Shown: piece by piece, positions 38,545 to 51,730 of the stretch
Position numbering within the stretch: the first letter of the stretch is position 1
Layout of the letters: each line of letters starts with the position of its first letter
Assembly (NCBI GenBank): GCA_051294905.1
Contig: CM119373.1
Location: 2,544,001 to 2,608,000 of the forward strand
DNA: 64,000 bases
Direction: 5' to 3'
Origin: Botryllus schlosseri
Taxonomy: Eukaryota
The notes under the pieces: generated by a model
The model's database searches: none
What the model saw: only the letters and a program-made list of their open reading frames with translations
Told to the model about the DNA's origin: nothing
Translations under genes and position numbers: made by a program

Positions 38545-39469
38545 TACTATGACGGAGAGGATCGACAAAATATCTGGTCTTACTCCGATCCTGTTTTGTA
38601 AATCTCTGGTCCGAATCCGGTCCGACTCCGGTTCAACTCCTAGGCCGGATTCTAGTAATTACCGTGATATGGTACGAAAAACGTCGACAGTACTGGTCAA
38701 CAAAATGATTTTATTGGGGCAGAACACATGAGTGTCGTTTCTGGGGTTTTCGAGGTTGCTGATTACAAATATAACATTAGATTTGCCAGATTGGTTCTTG
38801 TTCGGAAGACACTTATACCCCTAAAAAATGCATCATTGACTTTATTTTACCCTTTAATATTTCACTTGCTAGGAAGAAAATCGTTGCTAATTTTTTACTG
38901 CGCATAAATATATAATTGACTATGAAGAGCCGTTATGTCGTTCCAATTCATTCTATCAATATTAACATGACCTGATGCGAAATATTTGTTGTACTTTTGC
39001 ACAACGGAAATACATATTCTCCTGTATAAACTGTTCATCCTACCAAGATTAAAGAGGAGTAAAAAGCTTAACTACAATACTCACATGCGTCTCATTTCTT
39101 TTGACCGGTAAATGAATAATTTTCCGCGGAGTCAACAAAGGGGGTAGCCTATACCTAATATCCCTATCAAACGAGAAGCTTAAATCTGGTGTAAGAGAAC
39201 GGCGTCTTCCTAGAATCGGTTGAGGCCATTAGGATGCTTTATTCAAAGACAGAGGTTCTGAACTCGGGGTTCGTTTGCCTTTATTCTTGGGATAGCGAAG
39301 ATGTTGAATGCAATATGCTTCCAAAATAGGCAGTGAGAATGTCTAGGCAAGCTGACATTTTTTTTAGTAATCTGCTTATCAAATTTTGTGCTGGGCCACT
39401 GACCACTTTCAAATTGGACCATAAAAGGTTGGAAACCATCGGATATGCAACCTGCTGATGGGTTTATAG

Positions 39470-41355
39470 CAGTGGTTCCCAACCTTTTTCGTTGTCAGGG
39501 CCAAATTTGAAATTTCAGAGTACGGTTGGAGCCGCGCGAATACACTCATTAAGTATTGCAATAACTATAAAGTAAGGTTACCATACGTCTTCCTTTAAGA
39601 GGATTTGTCCTATTTTTTGACTTTTTTTAAAGTGTCCTCGGAGGACGTCCAAATGTCCTTTTTTGAGATTTTGCCCTCTTTTACGAGAATGTTGGTTAAA
39701 TATAGGGCAACATCGACTCAAATACAATAAATCACCACTGAAGTAACGCACCGGCGGGTATTTCGGGAGCTGAACCGGAAAGTTGACCCCTTTTTAGTCA
39801 CCCGACCACGAAGTGGGGAAAATTTACCATTTTTTCAGGATTTTCCACCAGTTTTTCAAGTCTGAAAATTTTGAAAAAGTGTCCTCTTTACAGATTTCCA
39901 AAATATGGTAACCCAATTATAAAGCATCAAAGCACGTACCTACTAGACCAAATGACTGATTAACCTATTGCAGCTTTATAGAATTTGTGACTGCTTTAGA
40001 TCAGTAAAAAGTTGACAAAATAGAGTAAAATCAAGGAGAACTGGACAACCGCTGCTGGGTTTTGCCATAATTATAGATTTCTAACATACGGATACGGATA
40101 CGGATTGTTGCGCACCACATGACACACGGTTTAAACGCTGAGAGGCCTACTGCTGAGCCCGGTAAAAGCTGCATAATTGGTTGTCCTATAACTGGCGATC
40201 CGAGCGTCCATATTTAATATATCTAATAAGTCTGGTCTTAACCCAGTGGTTCCCAAACTATGGTACGCGTACCACTAGTGGTAGCCTACGCGAAGGTATT
40301 ATAGGTGGTACGCGAGTGGATTCTTTTTTTTTCTCTCGACCGAAGGGAGTTATTAAATCAGGTAGAGTTGATTTTGAGTTTTTTTGAAGTCGTCGTGGTT
40401 AAGGGTAATCCCACCAATGACGGCGTCGGGGACGAGATCTAGTCGTAAATCATTGGGATTTTCACCTAACTAAATTATGTTTTAATATATTTGATCACAA
40501 AAAATTCCAAATGAATCCACTACAGAAATCATAAACTGCGCCTAAAAATGGGCAGTTAATTTTCTGCTTCGCTGCCTTCGGCTGCTCAACACGGTGGAAA
40601 AACGTTTGACCGTCTTCGGCGTGCGTAACTCATGTAGGTGGTACGCGAGCACTGCATGAAATCTCGAAATGGTAGTTGGGTGGGAAATGCTTGGGAACCA
40701 TTGTCTTAATAGAAAGCAAGTGTCGCACTGATTCAGAAAATACAAATTTAAATATGGCCAAGGCAATGAAACGAACCCAAAATAATCATTAAAAAATGAA
40801 ATTTTGCATAGTTCCGAACAATCGCTCGACGCCATTGGCCATTGTTATGATGGTCACTGTGTTGCCGCCTTCCCATTATTCAGAACGATCGACCTTCGGC
40901 CACTATTTCGGATTAGTTTTATTGCCCTGGCTGGATTTAAATTCGTATTTTCGGAATCAGAGCGACACTAGCTTACAATAAAGACCGGACATATCAAATT
41001 ATTCGGACGCTTTGGTCGCGAGATGTAGGACTACCGAATATATGCTGCTTTTAGCCGGCTCAGCCATACGCATCTCGGCGTATTCAACCGTGAGTCACGT
41101 GTTGTACATCTATCCGTAGATTATTTATCAAAAACCTATATCTATAGCTACTGCTCGTTCAACTGGAAAGTTAGGGCACATTGCATGGAAACAGTAGTGA
41201 CGTAACGTTAGCACTCTACTCATAAATTTCCTGCAATCCTAACTAAAAACTCAAGACTCCAAGCCAAGCGCGAGTATTTTATAAATATAAATTTTATTTT
41301 ATATCATAAATCGATTTTTCAATGTTTTTGTGGCGGGCGCGGTTGGGAATCACTG
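39470..41355. mobile_element. hAT MITE with nested MITEs (39573-39916; about 40244-40703)
   Basis: TIRs CAGTGGTTCCCAACC / GGTTGGGAATCACTG, perfect TSD GTTTATAG. The inner element has TSD CTATAAAG / TTATAAAG. Confidence 0.88.
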
Positions 41356-41574
41356 GTTTATAGTAATACATGGAAGAACCAATATTATTGACAGAATCCA
41401 TTCTCATAACTTAACAACCAGATGCATATAGAAACGGGATACAGAAAGTAAGCTCCCAAGAAGATGAATCGACTATCCTATAGAGCAGTGTTTCCCAACC
41501 TTTTTCGACTCATCGCCCCTATATCAAGCTCGTCACAAATTTTTGCCCCAATACTTACGGATTCGAAAAAGAGG

Positions 41575-43040
41575 CAGAGGTGGTCAAAGTAGTCAAAAAA
41601 GCAACTCAAGTAGAAGTAGAAGTAGCGACGAAAATTTTTTCTCAAGTACGAGTAGAAGTACTTCTTCCATAAGCAACCTAAAACTACTTGAAGTGGAAGC
41701 AGAATTGTCAGACTTTAAATCTACTCAAGTAAGTAAGTAGTTGTGAAAGCGACCGTAATTCCTTCGCATGGACTGCCAAAATCTGCAAATTGAGCTATGC
41801 GAAAGGTGCAGAGCTTGATTCATATTGATGCATCTCAGGAGGTATCCAATTTTTGACAGCAGAAGCATTCATCCGCATTATGGGATTAGAAGGATAGTAT
41901 TGATATGGAAAAGTTATACTAATCCTCTATTTACTCGAACAACCCGTTTTAGAAAATGTCATGGTATGGCGCCCTCCCCCATATTATAAGACCCGTAGTT
42001 TAGTCGAAGAGCAATACGAAGAAATTATTTTGGATACGGTTTAAACATTTTGTGCGATTAGTAAACGATAATAAAAAATATGGTGGATTATAAAAATGCC
42101 ATGTGTAGCTTTATTTCCGGAAATTAAAGGCATTACTACACTTGCTTTTATGCTTCAACATGTATGTTCTGCAGACATAAGAACTTCAATAAATTAGAAC
42201 TCACAGTATGATACTGGGAATAGAAATAAAAATACAAATACCACTCTTAAAAAGCGGAAATATATTTCATGTGTTTTGTCCACAAAGCTTCAAATGTGGT
42301 CAACTAAACCAGGTGTAACGTTCAAAAAAGCCGGATTCTCCAGAATAGTAGGACACGTCATGGGCTGCTGGATTATGATATGATAGGTAATTGCTAGATT
42401 GCGAAACGATAGTTTCAAACGTTATGGTGAGCCATATTTACTGTGATGAAATATTTGATATGGAAAGCAATGCGGTGTGAGGGGAACCACGCAATCGGTA
42501 CCTAAATTATAGTCACTGATACTTTCGTAAAAACATATTTGGCACTCCATAACTACTGTGCGCGAAGCGCAACAAAGGTTCTGGGCATTAGTTGACTTTC
42601 ATGAAAATTAAATGTTGGTACTCCACGCACTCCACGCACCCCCTTATCGTCATATCACAAAATCCAACCGGGATGCTAGCAACTCCAACAGATTGTTTGA
42701 TGGCATGGAAGGTTATGACTGTTGATGAGAGAATTCAAAAATGTGAAATTTGGTCTATATATAGAGAAACACGCGGGAATTTGAGGTAAATCGGGCAGAG
42801 CGAGAAAGAAATTTTCAGTTGACCGCTTCTTCGCGCCCCCTTCAGATGCTTTCACGCCTCTCAGGTAGAGAACCACTGTACTAGACAAACTGAAAATAGC
42901 GCAAAGTAAGTAAGTAGATCACAAAATATTACGAAGTAGAAGTAGAGAAAATCAGATCTACTTGAGTAAGTACCAGAAGTAGGGGAAAACTACTTGAGTA
43001 CTTCCTAAAAGTAGAAGTACTTCGTTACTGACAACCTCTG
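41575..43040. mobile_element. CAGAGGTGGTCA family non-autonomous element (AGTAGA repeats)
   Basis: TIRs and perfect TSD AAAAGAGG. Confidence 0.92.
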
Positions 43041-44058
43041 AAAAGAGGACATAGGCCTATATATACGGGAAATTTATTCAATTATATGTGATCGCTGGTG
43101 AATTGATTAAAAAAAGGTCATTCATCTGAGTAGGTGGTCAGAAAAGCGGTTTCCTTCACGTACTTTCCGTTGTGGTAATCTATTTTAAGTCAACTTTCGC
43201 GCCATATGCAGAATAGGCTGTTTGCACCTGCATTTTTCGGCCGTGGTAACTAAATAGGGGGTGTGGTACCGATAGGACCGAAAATACTTGAAGAATCTCT
43301 CTGATAATCCCATGATTACACGGCATGGATTTGTATACAATTGCATGGGGGCAGAATCATTCCTCGCATGCAAAAAAACTTCGTCATGCATGAGTTATGG
43401 GGTCTCTGACAGATGTTTTCTGTTTTGGAGGGTGTCAAATAAATTTCGATCGACGCTTTCATTTTTCTTTTATAACATTCAACACGAACAAACCTGCAAC
43501 AATTTTTAATGTGAAGTGTAGGGTTTGTACCAGGCTATATAACGGCACATATTTTTTATTCAATATCATCCTTGGGTGGACTTTCTGTAGATTAAAATAT
43601 CCTACATAATTTAAACAGTTGAGGCCAATCGTACCACAGTCAACTCAAGCAAAATAGTTGGACTAAATAGTCATGCAACAACAGAAACACGCGCCTACAC
43701 CCATAGACGATGTGTTTAATAATTAACTGTGATGTTTCATCGCTATAATGAGCTATTTGGAAGTCAAAATCTCCATTTACGGGCAATGTGTATGTACCCT
43801 CAAAATTTAAAGTTTGTGCTTAAATCGAAACGTGATTTCATGGCAACATTTGAGGTATTATTTATTCTATTTTCCGACGGTTGCAACCAAACATTCTTAT
43901 TTGGCTTGCCGTAGCTTAGAATATTTTACACAGCCAAAAAAAGTTATTATGTCTCATCGGTTCCTTCCGACCCAACGGGTGGGGATCGATGATACGTTCG
44001 AGCTGCAAAATTTGAAAGTTAATAAATATTTTTTCCATTGGTGGATATTCATGTATAT

Positions 44059-46723
44059 TAGGGTGGTCCTTAAAAATCGAATTTTGGAAAGTTGTTTGTC
44101 TGACCCTGCCAAAACGTTCTTTTTGGTTATAAAACACTCTGCGTAAAATTTTATTGATATTCAATAATGTTTAGAGGTGGCTCAATGGATCATTATTTTA
44201 CCCATATTAGGTATAGAACACATATGGTCACTTCATAGCTACTATTGGGTCAACGCTTGAAAGCCTGGATTACCTCGTCTGGGTATTAGCTGATCATTGG
44301 CAGGAGTGCCATGATGACCAATCGACCACGCCAATCAACCCCACAGACGGACACCACAGTTACCCCGGTACCATCTTCTGCACTGTAATTTTAGATATCT
44401 CGACAATATTTGCATGATACTTCTGCAGCTGCTTCAGCAGCAGCTTAAAACCTTCACATTGTTGTTGGCTGTTGCCCACGCTTCTACGAGGATGCGAAAT
44501 AGAATATGCAGAGTTTCCGCAACCCTCGATGCTAGCTCGATAACTACTTAAACTGTGAACTAAACATCCAGACCTTTGAAAGTTTAGATTACTTTCGCCA
44601 TTCATATGTCTTGGCACATGGCTCCGGGACTTTCAAAGTGGATGCCTCGAAAAGGGACAGCGCCAAGGAAATTAAAGGCCAGCTCCAGTAGTTCTCTGTA
44701 ATGATGTCTCGACTGAGTGACTTTCACAGCTGTCTCCTATACATTAGCCATCTCAGTTGTCATGTCAGCCACAGCATCGAATACATAATGATCAGTTGAC
44801 GAGTCCTTAAATGTGTTATGGTCAATAAGACGTCATCCTCTTTTGAAGCACTTGAACAAGAGACCATCAGGAGCAGATGTGCAAGGGCTTCCGAAAAGAC
44901 TGATACATACCGGCCAAGCATCTGCTCTAAAAAAATCCGGTTCTTTAGTGCCGACCAGCTCTTTTTCTTTAAACTCCCGTCTTTCAGAATATAAAAGATA
45001 GCCTCAGCTTGCGCTTTTCATATCCTAGATTCTACAGGGGCGGGCAACTTCTGCAGTCCGCCGGCCGGATATAGGAAAATTAAGTACTTGACGGGCAGGA
45101 TTGCTGAATCGATACATTATTCGCCAATTTATCCACATATACAAGGAATAAATCGTATTTGATGAATGTATTTTAACGACAGCAATGTCACTTCAAAGCC
45201 ATTTCCCGCCGATAATGACGAAGACAATGTGGATTTGAGAATAGCGTTGTCATACAGGCACCTTATCCATGTCTGCTTCTCCCTGATCAATCAACCTACG
45301 GTGCAATCCTTAATTAAGATTTCAATGCGTTCGATAAGCCCAGTACCCCGAATTTACCAAGATATCAATTCAGTTGGGTTGAGTAGGTGACAAGATAGCA
45401 TCGTTGTTCAACTGTGTGGCCTAATTATTCTCGATATTGAATTCATACGGCCCGCGTCCTCTACGAAATTTGAAAAGTGGCCCACGACCCATTTTAAGTT
45501 GGCGATCCCTGGCATAAGCGGTGTCTTGCAAAAGCCTAGAAGTGTGCAGCTACAAGTCGGCGGTTACGGACTCAAAAATAAGAAATATCAGCCTGTTGTA
45601 AATGACCATTGTTGTCGACAAACACCATTATTACCACAAACGACACTAGGGTTGAGTGAATCGTAACTACCGATAATGCAAGTCTTCTCGTTTCGACGAA
45701 CTGACGTGTAAGCTCCACTCTCGCACGCTGCGCACACACGTATATACTAACATACAGTCATTAAAATTTGTCGTAGTAAGCAAGTATTGGGGAATCTCGG
45801 CAAACTGGGCCGCGGGCCACATTATCATGTAAGACGGAAAACTGTCGGCGCGCCGGACAAAATCCCTTCGCGAGCCGGATCCGGCCCGCGGGCCGTTTGT
45901 TGCCCGCCCCTGTCCTAGATGGTAATAACTTTGGGACTGAGTAGTAGCTGTTATTGGCCGGTATATGTCACTAGCATAGGCAGTCCGTCAAGAGTCTCCA
46001 TCCTAGTGACATCTGAAATTAGTTTGCCATCCCCGTGCACAATGAATTGAAACTGTGGGTCTAACTAATATTTAATTTCTTCGGAAATGATTCTACTATT
46101 GACTATTAAAGGAACTAATAAAGCGTGTAATTATCAACTTGAAAAACATTCGGTAGAAGACTTTATTCAACTTTCCAACGACGAAATCACCAATTATTTC
46201 AAGAAACTCGTACTTTTAGATGTTTTTCTTGAATATCAGGATGCTTAGAAGAAGGAGCAACCTAGTTTCATTGCCGCAAAAACTTTTATGATCACATTGG
46301 ATGTCACCAATCACCAGGATTAGAGTTCCATTGCCTCAGTTGAGAAGTTTTCTGGTCTTATCACAAAGGACAAGAAGCAACTGCTATTTGCAGTTGGACT
46401 TTTTGGTGACCAACGCAAAAAAGCTCCCTAACACCCCGAAGCTGACGTTACTTGGGAACGGCAATTGCTATTGGTCATCATGACACCCGAGCCACTTAGC
46501 AGCTATTACCTAGGCGACGGAATCCAGGCTTAAACTTTGGTCAGAGATCAGCTACAGAAGTGACTTTTCGTGCCTTTTACTGCAAATGGGCAGAATTTCG
46601 GATCCATTGAGCCACCTCTGAACGTTAATGAATATCAATAAATTTCAAACAGGGTGTTTTTTAGCCTACAGGAACATTTTGGCCGGGTCAGACTAACAAC
46701 TTCTCAAACTAAGGAATACACTA
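44059..46723 (-). mobile_element. Decayed hATm-like DNA transposon with transposase pseudogene
   Basis: Imperfect TIRs of about 130 bp starting TAGGGTGGTCCTTA, perfect TSD ATGTATAT. Minus-strand remnants VHGDGKLISD...LPMLV and YRELLELA..FLGAVPFRGIHFESPGA...MAKVI...KVWMFSSQF. Confidence 0.78.
45035..45912. mobile_element. hAT MITE nested in the hATm-like element
   Basis: TIRs CAGGGGCGGGCAA / TTGCCCGCCCCTG. TCCTAGAT is duplicated on both sides, with 4 extra bases on the left. Confidence 0.8.
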
Positions 46724-47397
46724 ATGTATATATCTATCTGGTTGGTAGATCTTGTATCAAAGTGTTGAGCCAGCAAAAGATCTGCTCTTATCGGCTGAAT
46801 ATTTGAGGCCAGAGATTATTTTGAAATTCGTGATCCATCGTGATCCATATCTCTCCTATATGTCACAGGCAGTTGTAACATTTTCACCCCCATTGCCCCC
46901 AGTCGCCCTATTTGGTGTCCTTTCCCCTTGTTTCTCAAAATCGCCCACGTTGGGAACCACTGCTACAGAGGGCCCAAGATCAGAGTCTTTTTTTGGGTGG
47001 GAGGATCTTAAAAATGTTTCTTCGGTCCCGGTTACAGCACACAAACACATAACTGCACCAACCAAACAGTATTACAGGGCTGTTAAACACACGACGATTT
47101 CATCTGGCCCTGAGCTCACATTAGATATGGTCCAATTCATGACCTATGTTCCACTCCTGTATACAGTCGATGGGCAAAGCGTTACTAGTGTGACGTCATA
47201 TTGACAAATATTGTGTCCATACCTCATTGTATAACCCGCTAGTCGGCGCTAATGAGTGTCCGGAATTTGAGACACAAAAATGGTAACCCGATACTAGGTC
47301 CTGTCTAAAATCAAGAAGTAAAGTCACTTTCTGATATCGTCCTATTCCCCAGATTTGTTACGAATTTCAAAATCAACTCAATATATATATAAATATA

Positions 47398-47468
47398 TTT
47401 ATTATCGTACTACACTCATTTGTGTACGCGTAAGCCTTCACTTTGCTGTTGACTTTATGCTTGAAACT
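47398..47468 (-). other. 3' UTR exon 3 of peptide gene copy B, with AATAAA
   Basis: Acceptor ttttcAG at 47469-47470. Homologous to 55351-55420 (AAAGTCAA..GCAAAGTGAA...AAATGAGTGTA). AATAAA at 47398-47403. Confidence 0.7.
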
Positions 47469-47872
47469 CTGAAAACGACTGAATATTAGTATGCAATATA
47501 AACCTACATTAGGTAGAATTATTTTCTACTTGAACGCAATAACAAAATCCATACATGTAGTAAATTAACAAGATTGTGATGGGAACTGGTAGGGGTGGGC
47601 AATGGAAATATTTCTAATGGATTGAATGAAGCAATCTTTACCTTCACAGTTAAGAAAGATTTAGTTAGAGTGAACCGTAAGAGCGAACTATAAATTGGGA
47701 ATTGGATGTCACAAGCAGTATAAAGAATGAGAAGTTATCACGTTAATGTCAGGCTACTTAAAATATGTCGGTTCATATCCTCGTGCTCACTATTTCAATT
47801 GGTCGGTATAATTGATGAATGTAGCAGCATATAGCATCAGGATATAGCAGTCACAGTGACAACAACACTCAC

Positions 47873-47903
47873 TCATTCTTGCTGCTCGTAATAACCTTTA
47901 GCC
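47873..47903 (-). pseudogene. Displaced original C-terminus of copy B (AKGYYEQQE*), followed by a GTGAGT donor
   Basis: Matches the copy C ending AKGYYEE* GTGAGT. Separated from the rest of the gene by element 47904-50909. Confidence 0.85.
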
Positions 47904-48169
47904 CAGGGGTGGGCAAACCACGGCCCGCGGGCCGCACCGTTTTGCGCGGCCCGCGAGAGGCTCACGAATCTTATTTAGAATATTGAAGAAATGCGCAGTG
48001 AAAATCTAATTTCTTCAGGGACTCGATTAAACTGTTTCTCATTTTATTTCACCATGATAATCATAAGTGATATTCTGACGAGTTTATTGTTATTTCACTG
48101 CTGGTACGATAGCCCGACCTCAATGCACACGCATTTTAAAAGGTTTCAATTGCTAAACATTACAGAAAG

Positions 48170-49435
48170 CAGAGGTGGTCAAAGCAGTAAAAAAAGCTAC
48201 TCGAGTAGAAGTAGAAGTAGCGACGGAAAAATCTACTCAAGTACAAGTAGAAGTACTTCTTCAATAAGCCACCTAAAACTACTTGAAGTAGAAGTAGAAT
48301 TAACTGACTTTAAATCTACTCAAGTAAGTAAGTAGTTTTGAAAACAGTCTTAATTCGTTCGCATGGACTGTCAAAAGCTGCGAATTGAGCTATGCGGCAC
48401 GTTCAGGGAGCTTGATTCGTATTGATGCATCCCAGGAGCTATCAATTTTCGACAGAATAAGTATTATTTCGCATCATGGGATGCAAATTATAGTATTGAT
48501 ATGAAAATGCGATACTTATCCTTTGTTTACTAGAACACCCCGTTTTTATAGAATATAATGGGATGGCGCCCTACCCCACATAATAAGGCCCCAAGTTTAG
48601 GCGAAGAGCAATACGTAGAAGTTGTATCGGATACGGTTACATCACTTTGCGTGATTAGTATACGTTAATAACAAATATTGTGGATCGCAAAAGTTATATT
48701 TAGTGTAGGCTAGCTTTATTTTCGAAAAATGGAGGCAATACTACACTTGTTTGTACGCTTTAACATCTATGAAAGTAATTAGAACTCAAAGTATGATACT
48801 CGCAATTAAAATGAAATACAAATACCACTTCTAAAAAGCGGAGAATATATTTGCTGTATGTTGTCCATAAAGCTTCAAAGGTCATCTGCTAAAACAGGTG
48901 TAACGTTAAAAACAGCTGGATTTTCCAGATTATCAAGACACGTAAGGGGCTGCTAGATTACAATATGATAGGTAATTGCTAGATTTCGAAACGGTAGTTT
49001 CAAACGTTGTGGTGGGCCATATATACTGTGATGAAATATTTGATATGGGCGACAATGCGGTGTGAGAGGAACCAAGCAATCCGGTACCTAAATTACATTC
49101 ACTGATACTTTCATGAAAACATATTTGTCACTCCATCGCTACTATGCGCGAAGCGCAATAAAATTTCTGGGCTTTTCTTGACTTTTATGAATATTAAATG
49201 TTGGTACTCCATGAAAACAGCCCGGAATTCCTCAAGCTATCGTTCGTATTGGGGGATTAGACTACTTCTAATTGACAAACTGAAAATAGCGAAAGTGAGT
49301 AAGTAGATCACAAAATATTACGAAGTAGAAGTAGAAGTAGAGAAAATCAGATCTACTTGAGTAAGTACCAGAAGTAGAGGAAAACTACTTGAGTACTTCC
49401 AAAAAGTAGAAGTTCTTCGTTACTGACCACCTCTG
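48170..49435. mobile_element. CAGAGGTGGTCA family element (nested)
   Basis: Perfect TSD ACAGAAAG. Confidence 0.92.
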
Positions 49436-49473
49436 ACAGAAAGTCAAAATGGGAATGACTTTCGGATCACAAG

Positions 49474-49989
49474 TAGGGCTGGGCAAAATCGAGTGACTGA
49501 GTGATTCGATTCTGAATCACGTAATATGCTTCGGGTCGAGTCGAGTAATCGAGTATCGCTCATTATGACGTCATAACAGAATGATATACGTCAGAGTTCA
49601 AATCTGTACCGTTTATGCCACCACAAAGAATAGAATGCCAGATGTCCATCTCATAAAAGATACTTTGGTATTTTTCGGCCATACCGATTTTATTCCACTT
49701 GGTGACAATGTTGTGGGATAATCATGACATCGGAAATGTGCTACGACCAGTAACCTTCGTAGCATTATACCATGTGTTTCGTATGTTACGATATCTCAAA
49801 TCAGGGTTTCAAGGCTTCAACAGTGAAAATTGGTATCGAAACTATATTTCTCGTTGATAAATTACCTTTCAGTGGTGAGAAGAGTATAATTTCAGTACTC
49901 GAAATAATCGTATTTTACTACTCGACTCGAATCATTAAAATCAGTACTCGATTCAGATTGGAGTACTCGAATCATTGTGCCCAGCCCTA
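49474..49989. mobile_element. TAGGGCTGGGCA family MITE (nested)
   Basis: TIRs present; homologous to 15064-15604. Confidence 0.85.
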
Positions 49990-50982
49990 ATCAAGAGTGT
50001 CATTTTGCATTGGCCACTCCTATGCTGTACATTGGAAAAACCGATTCGCGCGTGTTATAGGTAGATTCGTTCTATCAGCATTATGTGTGTTGGAGTTGAA
50101 TCCAAAGTAGAATCAGCAAATCTATAAACAGATCACTGCTCACAGATTCAAATCTCCATCCTGTTCTAAGAATCGGGACAACCGACTTTCATCACTAGTT
50201 TTGAAAATCGGTTATATTTAGGTTAACCAGCAGCTTATGAAATCTCGCCATTGTTTCTGACGCGTGTACCATATGCTCAAATCAATGGTTGGTTTGCTTT
50301 AAATAAAAATATGTAAAATTTCCACATCCCCACTATATAATCAAATATCAATATTGCGTTTTGGTTTATAATCCCAATTTTATATAGTGCGGCAAGCGAA
50401 TGGATTTAGATGTTGAATGCTCGGTGCTCGAGTGTTTTTCCATACAAACTGGTTACTGATGAGGACGATCCACTTATATATCATCTCCATATTTCCTCGG
50501 TCACTATATGACAGTAGTTTTTAAACTGGGGGACGTGAAAGCATCTGAAAGGAGGCGCGAAGGCGCAGTAAACTAAAAAAAAATTCGATTTCCTTCCAAT
50601 TTCATGGTTTTTGCTTTGTCTATTGTCCATATTTCATATTTGATATCCTTCAATGCCATCAAACTATCCGTTGGGATTGCAAGCATTCTGATTCCTCTCT
50701 TGGATATTTTGTGACGTCACGATAAAGGGGACGCGAAATTTTTCACTATTATAAAGGAGGGCGTGTCTAGTAAAGTTTAAGAACCACTGCTATATGATTA
50801 AATAACAATATTGCCTTTTGGCTAATAATCTCAATTTAATATAGTACGGCCCACGAATGGGTTTAGATGTTGAATGCGGCCCGCGAGCCAAAAAGTTTGC
50901 CCACCCCTGCTCTAGCCCCATCGTAGTATCGCTTGGATTCGTCATAGTATGCTTCCATACCGTAGTAACCTTTCGATTAGTC

Positions 50983-51201
50983 TTAGTATCCTTCGGATCC
51001 GTCTTCATCCATTCCGTAATGCCCCCTCGATTCGTCTTCTTCCATTCCGTAGTAGCCGCGTTCCTGGTCGTAACGCCTTCTCTTGGCTACGTACCTCCTC
51101 CTTCTGGCGAAATAGCGGCGGCGCCTAGCCCAGAACCAGGCCTCACCCTGCAGGACAAGACCGAGTACGACAAAAAGTATCAGAGTGGTTGTCATTTGCA
51201 T
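50983..51201 (-). CDS. Secreted styelin-like Arg/Tyr/Trp-rich peptide precursor, copy B (72 aa; tail truncated by premature stop)
   Basis: Start MQMTTT at 51201 after acceptor ttcgcAG (intron 51209-51275). Core WFWARRRRYFARRRRYVAKRRRY. The tail continues past TAA codons at 50983 and 50977. Confidence 0.82.
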   Translation of the reverse strand: MQMTTTLILFVVLGLVLQGEAWFWARRRRYFARRRRYVAKRRRYDQERGYYGMEEDESRGHYGMDEDGSEGY

Positions 51202-51275
51202 GTTGAAGCTGCGAAAAATCAGATGAAAGTTATCACATGACCTTGACAAATATGGAATTTGCGATCCAGTCTTAC

Positions 51276-51730
51276 GTTGGTATCATTCCAGTGCTAACGT
51301 AGCTCTTGATCGATGTGGAGTGTTTGATATGTGATGTCCTTATACAGTTTTCAGAATGAGATTTCCACCTATAATTACGCTTGTACTTCATTCATGCTTC
51401 ATCGGCATAAGCGCGCTATTAATATTTTACTTATAAGGGTGCATCCTGCCAACAAAACAATTTTCATTGATTATTATGGCATATGGTTGGTTGTAAGTTT
51501 TAATTATAGGAAACCCTTCATCCGAACGTATATTCATCTCGATGATATGATCGGATGTTGATACGCTATTAGTTAATAAACGGATGATTAGAAGCGAACA
51601 GTATGGCATTGATATTTTTGTTGCAGCTGCTACATAGGCTAATCACCGGATACATCATTTTGCTACTTTTATACTTGAATATGATAGTTTCATGTTCAAG
51701 CCCCCGATGTCATTGCATATAATATAAATC
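51276..51730 (-). promoter_or_regulatory. Non-coding exon 1 and promoter of copy B
   Basis: Conserved exon 1 with GTAAG donor, TATA-like CTGTATAAGG. About 400 bp aligns with the other copies. Confidence 0.75.

Larger units (their letters stand above)
41486..46962. mobile_element. hAT MITE hosting several nested elements
   Basis: TIRs CAGTGTTTCCCAAC / GTTGGGAACCACTG, TSD CTATAGAG / CTACAGAG. Confidence 0.8.
47904..50909. mobile_element. hAT (Charlie-like) MITE with nested elements, inserted in the coding tail of copy B
   Basis: TIRs CAGGGGTGGGCAAAC / GTTTGCCCACCCCTG, TSD CTTTAGCC / CTCTAGCC. Confidence 0.9.

Noticed and set aside
41543..41740. Ser/Arg-rich ORFs (also 47991-48335) and GAGAGA/PAPA-type ORFs (19285-19539, 20628-20945)
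   Set aside because: Translations of AGTAGA and GGAGCC subterminal repeats of DNA transposons.
50857..51240. Hydrophobic antisense/shifted ORFs over the peptide genes (also 27030-27287, 54579-54851, 54550-54813)
   Set aside because: Shadow frames of the repetitive coding strand, with no independent gene signals.
51202..51249. N-terminal extension MSRSCDNFHLIFRSFN of copy B
   Set aside because: Mostly within intron 1 (51209-51275). Paralogs start at the MQ methionine.
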